Assembly (NCBI GenBank): GCA_951406725.2
Contig: OX597819.1
Coordinates: 59,830,001 to 59,894,000 of the forward strand
Direction of reading: 5' to 3'
Source of the DNA: Octopus vulgaris
Lineage: Eukaryota
Length of the DNA stretch: 64,000 nucleotides
Shown: positions 38,127 to 47,630 of the stretch, piece by piece
Layout: every line of letters begins with the position of its first letter
How positions within the stretch are numbered: the stretch's first letter is position 1
Program-made: the position numbers and the translations under genes
Notes under the pieces: generated by a model
What the model saw: only the letters and a program-made list of their open reading frames with translations
The model's database searches: none
What the model was told of the DNA's origin: nothing

Positions 38127-41100
38127 GTATATGTATGTATACATTGAATATTTTTACAATTCATACTTATATAGTTAAGTGTATATTGCATTAAATACAT
38201 GCAAATAGTTATGGGGATGTATAACCTAATGTATAACATTCTGTATGACATAGAAAACAAAATCTTGGTTCAGAATTTGAAACTATTTGCATGTATTTAA
38301 TGCAATATACACTTAACTATATAAGTATGAATTGTAAAAATATTCAATGTATACATACATATACATATATATATACACATATATATATTTGGTGCTATTG
38401 CTAATTAGATTAATCAGATCTTTACTATTGAATTTTGATGAGAACTATATTTACCTATAAGTAGATAAGACACAATTCTCTTAAAATATGTCTATAAAAA
38501 GGCATATCTTGCTTGATTTTGTATTTATGACTAACTAATGATTTGATGGATTACAATTTCCTTAAATCTCAAGATGAAATTGTATTCTAATACTACAATA
38601 TTTTATTTTAATGTATTTAAACTAAGACATTTGTCATTCTCTATCTCAGGTAACCAATTTTATAATTCAACTTTATAGAAATATTTATAAATGTAGGAAC
38701 CAGCATGGTTGTATGGTTGAATAAGTTTGCTTCACATTCATGTGGTTCTCAGTTCAATCTCACTGTATGGCGCTTTTAGCAAATGTCTTCTGTTATAGCT
38801 TCAGCTTGTGAGTGAAATTTAGTATACAGGAATTCTACAAAAACCCATTGTTTGCATTCTCTATGTATATAATTTGTGTAACAATTTCTTGTTAATAATA
38901 AACAATTATTAACTTCCTGATCTCCATTTTCTTTTCTTCTATTAAATGGATATAAACTATAGGCTTTATATAAACCTATTGTTTTAAGGGAATTTTATTT
39001 CCCCAAAATACTAGGTATTGAACCAGTATTTCCTTGGATGCAACCATCCCTTCACGAGGTTAACATACCCTCTAATTAAATATATATATATGCCAGCATG
39101 GAAAGAGGACATTAAACAATGATTGATATATATATCTATATATATATAATTATATATATATATATATATATATATGCGCACATGCACATACACACATACA
39201 ACAGTGATTGCCACTTCTTTACAAGAGAAGACATCTCTTCAATGAGTAAATGCCATCATGAGATTTTATATTACTAGATAATCTGGTTTTGGACAATCAT
39301 CAGACCCTCCTGCAGATGTTACAGACATTTCCAGGCTGAGAAGTGTCTGGGATTGAAGTTAAGTCTTGTTCACAAAGGGCTCATTTCATGATGGGTTGTT
39401 CGATTCTCTATCTTTCAAATGCTTTACAACCATAATAGTTCACTTCTTAGTCTTCAACATTCACACTAAGAACCTTAAAGGCTGCTTTTGATGGCATCTC
39501 TAAAACACATACATACATACACACACACACACATGCATTTGTGTGTATGTGTATGAATGTATGGATTTGTCTAAGTGCATCTTGGCACCACTTGGGCACC
39601 AGTGACATTATTTGTGTTTTGTTCCCCCCCACCACTCTGTTTGGAAGCACAAGTACTTACACACACATGTACACGCATAACAGGAACTTCTGCCGACCAA
39701 ATTTAATCACAAGGCTTTGGTTGACCCAAGATGAAAGCAAAAGACACTTGCTCAGATAAATAAAAAGTTTTGTAGCTTGACACTTCAACATGACAAAAAA
39801 GTGGGATAAAGTACTTTATTTAAAAACCAGTATGGGTTGGTACCAAGAACATCATCCATCTCTGGAATACCATCTTGAGTATTCCATGCCAATGTGGAAA
39901 AGAAAGATGTAAAAACTAAATAAATAGCTATTAAAAAATAGTCTGAAATATAATTAGAAATTAAATTATCATCATTGTTTAACATCCACTTTTCCATGCT
40001 TGCGTGGATCAGATGGAATTTGGTGATACAAATTTACTATGGCTGGAGGCCCTTCCTGTCACCAACTGTTACCTGTTTCCAAACAAGATAATATTTCCCC
40101 ATGGCCAAATATGTTTTTCATGGAAACTGGAAACAAACATCACTTGTATGATGGTAATGCACATTTACAATCACCACATGACAAGGTAAGTGTACACATA
40201 AACTTACACATATATAGATATGATAGGCTTCTTTCAGTTTCCATCTACTGAATTCACTCACAAGGCTTTCATTGGCTTCAGGCTATAGTAGAAAATACTC
40301 ACTTAAGATACTGTGAAGTAGGATTTAACCCAAGATCACATGGGAAGCAAGTTTCTCAACCACTTAACCATACCTATACCTAAATTAAGTGATTACTTCA
40401 AATCTTCTAAAATAATATATTCAGTATTTCCCTCAGTGAGACATTTTGTTTATATTTCATTTTGTTTCTTTGCAGCTGTATCCTCCTTATGCTCCATTTT
40501 ATCCAGGACCTTACTATGGCTTGTATCCAATGTATCCTGGTTATCCAAATGTTCCTGGTCAGTCTTTAAATGGACGCAATACTCCACCAATGCCATTATC
40601 TTCTCGGCAGCAGCATACTCCATCTCCTCTCCATAGCCAGCAGCGTCCTAAAGTAAAGCCACCTGCTGTAACCCAACCTGTCCCAACTCCAGCTCCTCCA
40701 CCATTACCTGCTGATGTTGGAACATCTGAAGGGAAAAACTTAGATTCCTCCAAACAATTAGCCAAAACTGCTAAACTCACTAAAGGTCAGCCAGTTATGT
40801 ACATGCCACCCAACCCTTACCAAAACTCCTTTCTACCACTCTGCCTACCGTTACAGCAGTTTTATCCTCCAGATGACCATAGGATGATTATGGTTCCTCC
40901 AAGGTTTCCCAGTAGCCCCTATTTAGGTAGTCCTGCTTTTATGACTCCATCAAAATATTTAGGTGTGTCACGTCCTATCACTGGACGAAACGGCACATAT
41001 TCTCATAACCGTTGCAACCCAACCAATCGAACGGATCGGAATCATTTCTGTATGAAAGATCCTCTGTTACCACCTTCATCGTCACCAAGTTCCACAGCTA

Positions 41101-42275
41101 CTGGTCAAGTGATCCAACTTCTACCAAATGTTAAGCATGTACCATCATACTTATTGTCACGGCAACAAATAGGAAGTTCGAATGAAAGCTCTCGTACAAA
41201 CACTCCGATATCTACGAATATCACCGATGACTTTTCATTACACTTAAAACCTGATCTCACTGATGACCATCATGTAGAAATGCCAACCAACAGCAGATCA
41301 GTAACACCAATTGAACATTCCTGGGGACAAATTGGCCACAACAAGAAATCTCTAAATGGTGATTTGCACAAGCATATTCTTCAGAATGAAGACCATTCTG
41401 CTTCCAATCAAGGCAAATCTTTGACATTACGTCAGATTATTGGTGTAGATAAAATTAAAGAAAGAGAACCATGCTCACCATTTTATCCTGTTAGAGAATT
41501 TGCTGAGCAAATCGTTGACAATGACCATATTATTAAGCCTTCCCCTATGAGATCCCAGCAAGCTTCAGTTCGGAATTTTGAAGTACCCAACAGCTTGGAC
41601 AATATCACCCTATTGCACCAACCAGTTATTGATGATCACCTGAGAAAGATGAATACTTCCAAGCTAGATTTACCATTACATAAACTTGCAGAAAGTAATG
41701 GCACCAGCCCTATTGGCCAACATAATGGTCTCAAAGACTTCCAGCCATTACGTTTCTCCACCGGGTTTAGTCATCAGTTCAATGACGATTTAGAAACCCC
41801 AACTACAGTGTTAAATGTTGTAAAAATGTTAGATGAAAGTCCCGAGAAGGAAGTCGAACGGGATCTAAATGCCCTCAGCAGGCAGACAATGCAACCTCAA
41901 TCCAACTACTCAAACAACATGTCTCTAGATTTGGAACTACAAAGGCATGTTAACAAACTTGGACAACCACCACCATCAGTTTCAGAAATGAAAACCAACC
42001 AAGTATGTGGTAGTTACAATATTCATCATGTTCAAGGAGGAGAATCTCAGATTCCACCCAGCTTGATGTGGCCACTGAGAACTCGGCTGTATGATCGCTC
42101 TGCAGTTATACAGCCGAGCACAGTGGAGGAAACTCAAAAGTTCATAGAACCACTCACACCTCACACTCCAGCAGGTTACAATACTCTTGGAGATACTGAT
42201 CTGGATTCTCTTTCATTTCTCAGAGACTTAAATATTGGGGAAACACCTGAACTACAAGCTGAAAGTCTGTATTAA
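4001..42275 (+). CDS. HELZ: HELZ-like helicase with zinc finger (UPF1-like SF1 RNA helicase), 5'-partial spliced gene, 21 coding exons in window
   Basis: Exons join in one frame with GT-AG introns: 4001-4122, 5526-5588, 6524-6740, 7677-7992, 14431-14629, 15799-15906, 18740-18937, 20101-20300, 20754-20930, 24016-24247, 25988-26098, 28164-28288, 30424-30633, 32754-33004, 33198-33316, 33474-33767, 35385-35492, 36092-36167, 36576-36771, 37540-37825, 40476-42275. Motifs: PPRG..EEYTMC, CCCH finger, [81 protein letters not shown]. Confidence 0.95.
4171..4386. mobile_element. piggyBac-type MITE (old copy)
   Basis: TTAA on both sides; same family as 35776-35995 and 59947-60167. Confidence 0.7.
5526..5588 (+). 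CDS. HELZ: HELZ exon 2
   Basis: Long pyrimidine tract plus ccag, gtgagt donor; [21 protein letters not shown]; phase 0-0. Confidence 0.8.
6524..6740 (+). CDS. HELZ: HELZ exon 3 (acidic/Ser-rich linker)
   Basis: ttttaccag acceptor, gtaaaa donor; [22 protein letters not shown]...HAE; phase 0-1. Confidence 0.8.
7677..7992 (+). CDS. HELZ: HELZ exon 4: two C2H2 (matrin/JAZ-type spacing) fingers and first Cys of the CCCH finger
   Basis: CKICx12HWLCDVH (7724-7792), CSFCx12HCRGDLH (7832-7900), then [20 protein letters not shown]; ttatag / gtaaga. Confidence 0.92.
8890..9448 (-). mobile_element. non-autonomous Helitron-like element with internal microsatellites
   Basis: On minus strand: A^TCTATATATATAAAA start, subterminal hairpin CCTGG/CCAGG (8902-8917), CTAG^T end, no TSD. 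Confidence 0.7.
11640..11830 (+). mobile_element. RTE-clade LINE fragment
   Basis: Degenerate KFx[12 protein letters not shown]...LY...[15 protein letters not shown]; related to 18095-18600 and 61210-61670. Confidence 0.7.
12700..13440 (-). mobile_element. RTE-clade LINE 3' fragment
   Basis: Minus ORFs [36 protein letters not shown]. Confidence 0.85.
14431..14629 (+). CDS. HELZ: HELZ exon 5: remainder of CCCH zinc finger
   Basis: With exon 4 gives [20 protein letters not shown] (C-x8-C-x5-C-x3-H), then SEDELQEW. Confidence 0.93.
14872..15076. mobile_element. second piggyBac-like MITE family
   Basis: CTTTAG...CTAAAGGG-TTAA ends; partial copy at 24292-24470. Confidence 0.55.
15799..15906 (+). 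CDS. HELZ: HELZ exon 6
   Basis: catttcag / gtaaga; [36 protein letters not shown]; not in ORF track. Confidence 0.9.
16264..16634 (-). mobile_element. tRNA-derived SINE, family A
   Basis: Reverse complement of the 54936-55380 element. Confidence 0.9.
16682..17589 (-). mobile_element. internally deleted mariner element with long (about 110 bp) imperfect inverted ends
   Basis: Minus ORF ...KFIPKVL...[11 protein letters not shown] (WVPxxL and TGDETW motifs); 16682-16790 inverted against 17465-17589; TA at left end. Confidence 0.85.
18095..18600 (+). mobile_element. RTE-clade LINE 3' fragment
   Basis: [21 protein letters not shown] motifs with stops and frameshifts. Confidence 0.85.
18740..18937 (+). 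CDS. HELZ: HELZ exon 7
   Basis: ttatttcag / gtattt; [19 protein letters not shown]...CQEW...VYRIK; 198 nt, phase 0-0. Confidence 0.9.
20101..20300 (+). CDS. HELZ: HELZ exon 8
   Basis: gttatag / gtatgt; [25 protein letters not shown]... Confidence 0.92.
20754..20930 (+). CDS. HELZ: HELZ exon 9
   Basis: tttttctag / gtaagt; ...[15 protein letters not shown]... Confidence 0.92.
23330..23895 (+). mobile_element. internally deleted mariner (566 bp)
   Basis: TA TSD; TIRs TTGGGTTGTCCAGAAAGTTTGTGCCGATTT / AAATCGGCACGAACTTTCCGGACAACCCAA; N-terminus [14 protein letters not shown] fused to C-terminus [23 protein letters not shown]. Confidence 0.95.
24016..24247 (+). CDS. HELZ: HELZ exon 10
   Basis: ttttttag / gtattt; FNIKVTLQ...[24 protein letters not shown]...VEK. 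Confidence 0.92.
25988..26098 (+). CDS. HELZ: HELZ exon 11
   Basis: tcctcag / gtaagc; [37 protein letters not shown]. Confidence 0.92.
26118..26300 (-). mobile_element. 3' end of a restriction-like-endonuclease LINE (R4/Dong-like) in a (TAA)n tract
   Basis: Minus frame [20 protein letters not shown]-stop, short 3' UTR, AAT repeats on both sides. Confidence 0.65.
26335..26880 (-). mobile_element. unclassified dispersed repeat about 550 bp between (ATT)n tracts
   Basis: Second copy at 63168-63695 and a partial copy at 63750-64000. Confidence 0.8.
28164..28288 (+). CDS. HELZ: HELZ exon 12
   Basis: aactccag / gtaagt; [28 protein letters not shown]...PWEID. Confidence 0.92.
29435..29920 (+). 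mobile_element. RTE-clade LINE 3' fragment ending in (GAT)n
   Basis: [17 protein letters not shown]...[16 protein letters not shown]...[10 protein letters not shown]. Confidence 0.9.
30424..30633 (+). CDS. HELZ: HELZ exon 13: Q motif and Walker A
   Basis: VNEKQRQAI...[16 protein letters not shown]...ICTHSN; tttcag / gtaatt. Confidence 0.95.
32754..33004 (+). CDS. HELZ: HELZ exon 14: motifs Ia/Ib
   Basis: [15 protein letters not shown]...[10 protein letters not shown]...HRVIITTL; tctag / gtatga. Confidence 0.94.
33198..33316 (+). CDS. HELZ: HELZ exon 15: Walker B (DEAA) and motif III
   Basis: [39 protein letters not shown]; tcttcag / gtaagt. Confidence 0.95.
33474..33767 (+). CDS. HELZ: HELZ exon 16
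   Basis: MSPEIY...SLLERLY...LHENYRS...GFFNIAE; attcag / gtgagt. Confidence 0.94.
35385..35492 (+). CDS. HELZ: HELZ exon 17: motif IV
   Basis: VYEVAERV...WP..W...[11 protein letters not shown]; ttttag / gtaagt. Confidence 0.94.
35776..35995. mobile_element. piggyBac-type MITE
   Basis: TTAA-gCCTTTCGTTAC ... GTAATGAAAGGG-TTAc; reverse complement of 59947-60167. Confidence 0.85.
36092..36167 (+). CDS. HELZ: HELZ exon 18: motif V start
   Basis: [26 protein letters not shown]; aatttcag / gtaaag; TACTAAT branch-like site at 36068. Confidence 0.92.
36576..36771 (+). CDS. HELZ: HELZ exon 19: motifs V-VI
   Basis: [13 protein letters not shown]...[28 protein letters not shown]; tccag / gtaata. Confidence 0.95.
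37050..37440 (+). mobile_element. 3' end of a HERO-like (RLE) non-LTR element
   Basis: [23 protein letters not shown]...[12 protein letters not shown] resembles the recalled PxEVGCRGF...AE..S.WLW C-terminus. Confidence 0.65.
37540..37825 (+). CDS. HELZ: HELZ exon 20: PAM2 (PABP-MLLE binding) / LxxLAP motif
   Basis: KIWEH...[13 protein letters not shown] ([10 protein letters not shown] at 37655-37684); ttccacag / gtaagt. Confidence 0.93.
37911..38088. mobile_element. palindromic MITE, about 68-bp imperfect inverted arms
   Basis: 37911-37978 against 38020-38088; TA-flanked. Confidence 0.8.
38116..38375. repeat. perfect 95-bp inverted repeat, 70-nt spacer
   Basis: 38116-38210 is the exact reverse complement of 38281-38375. 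Confidence 0.95.
40476..42275 (+). CDS. HELZ: HELZ terminal exon: about 600 aa Pro/Ser/Gln-rich disordered tail
   Basis: ttctttgcag acceptor in frame with the 609-aa ORF; stop TAA at 42273-42275. Confidence 0.9.
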   Translation: MYPPYAPFYPGPYYGLYPMYPGYPNVPGQSLNGRNTPPMPLSSRQQHTPSPLHSQQRPKVKPPAVTQPVPTPAPPPLPADVGTSEGKNLDSSKQLAKTAKLTKGQPVMYMPPNPYQNSFLPLCLPLQQFYPPDDHRMIMVPPRFPSSPYLGSPAFMTPSKYLGVSRPITGRNGTYSHNRCNPTNRTDRNHFCMKDPLLPPSSSPSSTATGQVIQLLPNVKHVPSYLLSRQQIGSSNESSRTNTPISTNITDDFSLHLKPDLTDDHHVEMPTNSRSVTPIEHSWGQIGHNKKSLNGDLHKHILQNEDHSASNQGKSLTLRQIIGVDKIKEREPCSPFYPVREFAEQIVDNDHIIKPSPMRSQQASVRNFEVPNSLDNITLLHQPVIDDHLRKMNTSKLDLPLHKLAESNGTSPIGQHNGLKDFQPLRFSTGFSHQFNDDLETPTTVLNVVKMLDESPEKEVERDLNALSRQTMQPQSNYSNNMSLDLELQRHVNKLGQPPPSVSEMKTNQVCGSYNIHHVQGGESQIPPSLMWPLRTRLYDRSAVIQPSTVEETQKFIEPLTPHTPAGYNTLGDTDLDSLSFLRDLNIGETPELQAESLY

Positions 42276-42280
42276 ATAAA
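42271..42280 (+). terminator. candidate proximal poly(A) signal overlapping the HELZ stop codon
   Basis: ATTAAATAAA contains ATTAAA and AATAAA across the TAA stop. Confidence 0.35.
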
Positions 42281-43315
42281 TAGTTACGCTTTTATCATCA
42301 ACTTCGTAAATTGTTTCGTTGACATATTGAAGTCTGATTAAATTGTTATGTGTACATTTAATGAGAGTCCAATTAAAATATCGGCAATGGCAGCTAATAA
42401 TAGCATGCAAGTTCTCGTTGGTTGTCCTGCCCCCTCCCCCCCTCTCTTCTGTTTTGTTTCTTTATTTCCTTTTTAAATATATTTTATTTATATTTTTATT
42501 GCTTCTAATTTTTTTTTTGTTTCAAATGCTTTTATAGCTGGGTTTTTTTTTTGCATATTTGTCACAATAATAATAATTATTCATAATACTAAACTGCCAT
42601 GAAAATATTGAACACCCATGGAAAATTATAAAATTATTGGCAAGTTGGAGTTATAAACCTATATTCCTAATCACTTTCTTTAAATGAAGTCTGAAAACAT
42701 TTTAGACATTTTTTTTTTTTCGATATGAAATAATTCTCTGGAAAAAGAAAATGCTTTAGATATTTTCATCACTACTATTATAATCATTTTATTTCACCAA
42801 AACACTTAATTGATAATTACTTTAATTATATCTACAAGAAATTAGGTGTCGGAAATATTCAACATATTCTTGTTTACTCTCTTTTCCTATATTTTAATAT
42901 TATTTCTTATCTTATTTATTTTTATCATGCATTACATTTTAATTTTTAAATTTCATTTACTTATTTTCTCCCATATTACTTTTGTTTATTTTTTTTTTAT
43001 TTCCAAAATTATGGAATTAAGTTACCCAGTAGTACATAAAAAAAAAAGCTTTATTTAAAGATAAGTTTGCTATCTAATGTTACCAGGGCATGGCCAACTT
43101 TTAGACCTTCATGCAGCCATATCATATGTTGCAGCTACCAATGCTTACCAAAATGCTGCCCAGAACAAATGTTGTAACCAAAACTGTCTAACTTATATAT
43201 ATACCATTGGACTTTTGCTGGCCAACTTATCAAGATAACTGGAGGAAATTTTGATATAGTGACTTGTAAAATTTCGCTCCACATTTTTTTTCTATAAACC
43301 TATGTTCCTTATTGA

Positions 43316-43487
43316 CTATATATATATATATATATATATGTATATGTATGTATACACACACACATATATCTACATACACACACATGTATATATATATGTC
43401 TACACACATGCATACATATGTATGTACATGCATATATGTATAAACACATGTGCATATATATGTACACACACACACATGTATATGTAT

Positions 43488-43530
<43 letters not shown>

Positions 43531-43680
43531 CATATATATTTATATATATATAAACACACATATTTGTGCATAGTTATACATGCACATACTCATAGATGTG
43601 TGTATATGTATGTATATATATTTCACATTTAAAAATATACTCACATTTGTATGTATATTTGTGTGTGTTTGAGTATATAT
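43316..43680. repeat. compound TA/CA/TACA microsatellite (within probable 3' UTR)
   Basis: Direct reading. Confidence 0.9.
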
Positions 43681-44518
43681 GATATCTACAGAATCACACT
43701 TTTATTCAGTTGAGGGCATTTTAAAATCATATAACTTGTAAAGTCCACCTCCCAGATTTCACAGAATCTTTTTGAATTATTTAACTTTAAAAGAAAAGAA
43801 AAACATTTCTCTGCAAAAAAAAAAAGGGAGACTTATCTAAATATTTCTTTTTATTGGTGGATTTGTGTGTCAATTCTGTAAGAGAACCTTTGATGTGGTT
43901 TATGACAAGATGCTTTTAACTTTGTACGGTTGTTAATTATATTGAATGATTCTTGTCAGTGTAACCGATGCACATTAACTGTTAAAAATCTAGGGATGAT
44001 ATTTACAAGAATTTCTTAAAAAAAAAAATGTGTGCATGTGCATATGTATGTGTGTATGTGTGTTTTTATGTATATATATATATATATGTATGTGTATGTG
44101 TATATATATATATGTATATGTGGGTGGAGGGATGGAAAACAAACTGAAAAAAACTTAAGAAGCAAAAACAAAAAAACACCAAAAAAAAATCATTGCATAT
44201 TTTTTAAAAGAGCTATTTGTCTTATCGTATTCAATAGCAACCTTATTACATTTTGGTATTGTAAAAATCCATGACAAAATGCTAATATATTTTCTTCGTT
44301 GTTTGGTTAAGTACAAAATAAGTCGACAAAACGGCTTTGGCTGAATCAAACGTTTTGCACCTTTTTTTCCCCACCCCTTGCTATTTGTAGCAATAGTTTA
44401 AATGTCTTTGTATGTGCATTGGCAGGGTTCCTATACCAAAGTCTGTGCTACAGCCTAGTTTTGTTGCCTTGTAGAATGATTTTCCAAATGTCAGTTTCTG
44501 TTGAACAGGAACATCTGG

Positions 44519-44524
44519 AATAAA
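44519..44524 (+). terminator. candidate distal poly(A) signal of HELZ
   Basis: AATAAA followed by T/GT-rich sequence, at the end of a 2.2-kb SINE-free stretch after the stop. Confidence 0.35.
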
Positions 44525-47121
44525 ACTTATAAGACACCATTCCTTTTCTCTTGACTTATATTTGTGTGAATGTGAGAGTGTAATATTCAACATTTTAATT
44601 TACAGTCATTGTCATTTTTGTTTCACTGTTCACTTATTTATGCTTGCATGGGTCAGATGGAATTCATTCTGGCAAATTTTCTAGGGCTAGATGTCCATAA
44701 GAAATCTTCCTCAATAGATGAAGATTAATGACTGCTTGTTACCAACACTCATCTGTCTCCAAGCTAGGTAATATTTCACCATAACTGGCCATATTTTCAA
44801 GGAAGATTAGAAATTGATGCCACTTGGAACAATAGGGATGTTTATTAAGGACCACTACACCATATCAAGACCACGAGATGCAAACACCCACTCCATATAT
44901 ATATACATACATATCAACACACATGTAATAGTCTTCTTTCAGTGCCCATCTACCAGATCCACTCAAAAGGCTTTAGTTGTCCTGGGACTATAGAAGACAT
45001 TTGCCCAAGATGTCATGCAGTGAGCCTAAACTTGAAGCCATGTGGTACAGAAACAAATTTCCTGATTGTTTAGCCATGCCTGCATATTATCTTAGATAAT
45101 ATATAAATTCACAATATTACGTAAGTCAGAAGAACTGAAGTAAATTTAAACACTATAAAGCCCCATTGTGGGTTACATGAGAATATAAACACATTCTTTC
45201 TATCTTAATGTGTGGAAAAAACAGAGGGAGTCTCCTGACAAACTGTCTCACAGTTACTTGATCACTCCTCAGAGAAGACATACTAGCATAGATCAGTTGC
45301 TTATAAAGTTATCATGAATTAGGCTAATACATTAGCAGGTAGCTTAATCAGAATGTTGGTGCTTTTGACAAATCATATTTATTTATTGCACAACACAGCC
45401 TAAATCAAAAGCACTGAAGTAAATTTAAATATCCATTCGAAACACACCCTTACTCTATTACTCAATACTGTACCAAGAGGTGTCATACTGTCAAGTGTGT
45501 TTTAAACACTTCCTCCTAAGTCTACTTTGATCAACTTCTGTCATAAGTACCTCACATTTTCAATTCAAAGCATCCCTTGATTCAACATGTATTCATTTCT
45601 AACAGAGTAATATTACCAGAAATACCGAGGAAGGTCCATTGAGTAAATAAACCCCAATATGAAGCTGGGGCTTGTTTTATTATTACCAGAATAATAATAG
45701 ATTGACTTCAATGAGATTTGCATTCAGAATGTAAGTAAATACAGCAAGGTCTTTTATATAGTAGAACTCTGATGATTCACACCTACTTTGCAGATAGCTA
45801 ATTTGCAGGTTTCCAATAATTTTTTTTCAACTTTTTTACAAACTATTTTAGTACACTAAGTGCTAAAATACCTGCAGTTACTTCAAGCCATTACAAACAC
45901 ATGCCTTGCTATTACTTTCAAACAGTGTACCCCAGATCTTGTCTCCATTTTTGCCAACATTTTCAGGAATCTCCCTAGATTTTTGGTAACATACTGCAAT
46001 GTGCCTCATTCCCAAGAATGGAAACTTCTCTGACTGTTGATATCAGTTGCAAAACTTCAGAATTAATAATCACCAACACCGTGCATTTCTTTCCTTCCTC
46101 AATATACATTACCCTCTATATGGCTTTTGAAAAGCCATATCTACTAGAAATCTGTTTTCCTACTCATGATTCTTTGCTTTTGACTAATTGAATATCTCAA
46201 CATTCACAAGGTCAAAATGTATGTCCCAAGGATGAACCTTCTTCAGAACCAGAAAATACATCATGTAAAAATGTGTCCATGTCAGCACTATGTAAAAAGC
46301 CCTGGTACATGCTGGTGCCACATAAAAAGTATCTGTGCCAGTGCCATGTAATAAGTGCTCTGTAAAGTGGTTGACGTTAGGAGGGCATCCAGCCAAAACA
46401 GATAAATGGAGCCTGGTGCAGCTCCTTGGGTTACCAGTTACTCTCAAACCGTCCAACCCATGCTAGCATGGAAAACAGATGTTAAATGTTAATGATGGAC
46501 AGTTGCTGCCTGCCTCTACATAGTTCAATGGGGCCCACAGTGGAAAACTCTCCCTAATCTTGAACAGTATTGCTGATGCTACATTTACAAATATCCTTGA
46601 CTACCACATCATTGTTTTAACTTGTACTATTCCATTCCTTCATGAATCAGTTGAAGTTACACTGGGACAGTTTTTTATGGCTGAATGCCTTTTGTGATGA
46701 CTCTTCCTTGCTGAGCAGCAAAAGAAACCTAATGGTTATGCAGAGAAATTGGAAATAAATGACACCATCTGAGCGACAACATCTGAGTCGTTTGTTTACA
46801 AACATCTCACAACATATCAAGAAACCTGGACAGGTTTTTGCAGTGGACTGCAAACAGATGGCAAGTGTCTGGATGAACATTGAGGCCATTGTTTACAACC
46901 AGCAAATACATGTGAAGATGAGGGGAATTTATAAAATCACTCACATGAACACACACGTGTTTCTTAAAGTTGCCTTCTACCAAAATCACTCACATGGCTT
47001 TGGCCAATCCAAGGAAATAGTAGAAGACACTTTCCCCAAGGTGTCACATAGTGGGACTGAACCTGTAACTACATGATTAGGAAGTGAACTTCTGAACCAC
47101 ATAGCCATGCTTGTGCCATAT

Positions 47122-47630
47122 GTAAGGGTTGAACAAAACAATGGAAACATCTAGTTAAATGGAAGTTTTATTATTCGATATTAAAACTTCCATTTAACTA
47201 GATGTTAAATAAGTCCCATATATGTTAAATTATATTGAGATCCAGGTTAAAATTAACGTGCAAGTGGCTGAGCACTCCACAGACATGTGTGCCTTTAATA
47301 AGAGGGGATTATTCGATATGTAGTTGGCCCATATATGGCATCAATTGCTGCTTTAATATGTTGAGGAATTGACTTGTACAGGTTCTGAATGGTTGTTAGG
47401 AGAATTTTAAGTCATTCTGTAAGTCAAACCTGCTTTGGCTCTTTCAGCAATGATGATGGAGGTAAGTGACTCCTTGCCTTCTGTTCCAAAAAGTCCCATA
47501 TATGTTAAATTATATTGAGATCTAATGATTGTGGGGACCAATGCAAGTAGTCTTACTTCACTTTTGGTGCATTATCATCCTGGAAGATTGTGCTACTATC
47601 AGGGAACAATATTAGGAGCATAGGAGCACT
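47122..47630 (-). mobile_element. Tc1-like transposon 3' remnant, rearranged
   Basis: Minus strand IFQDDNAP...W.PQSLDLNII.HIWD...NLYKSIPQHIKAAIDAIYGPT. Confidence 0.8.

Noticed and set aside
39280-39310. Minus-strand CTGATGA as another hammerhead
   Set aside because: No GAAA box or stem II
40559-40780. Antisense ORFs within the terminal exon (also 41982-42164)
   Set aside because: Shadows of the Pro-rich HELZ frame; no splice or domain support
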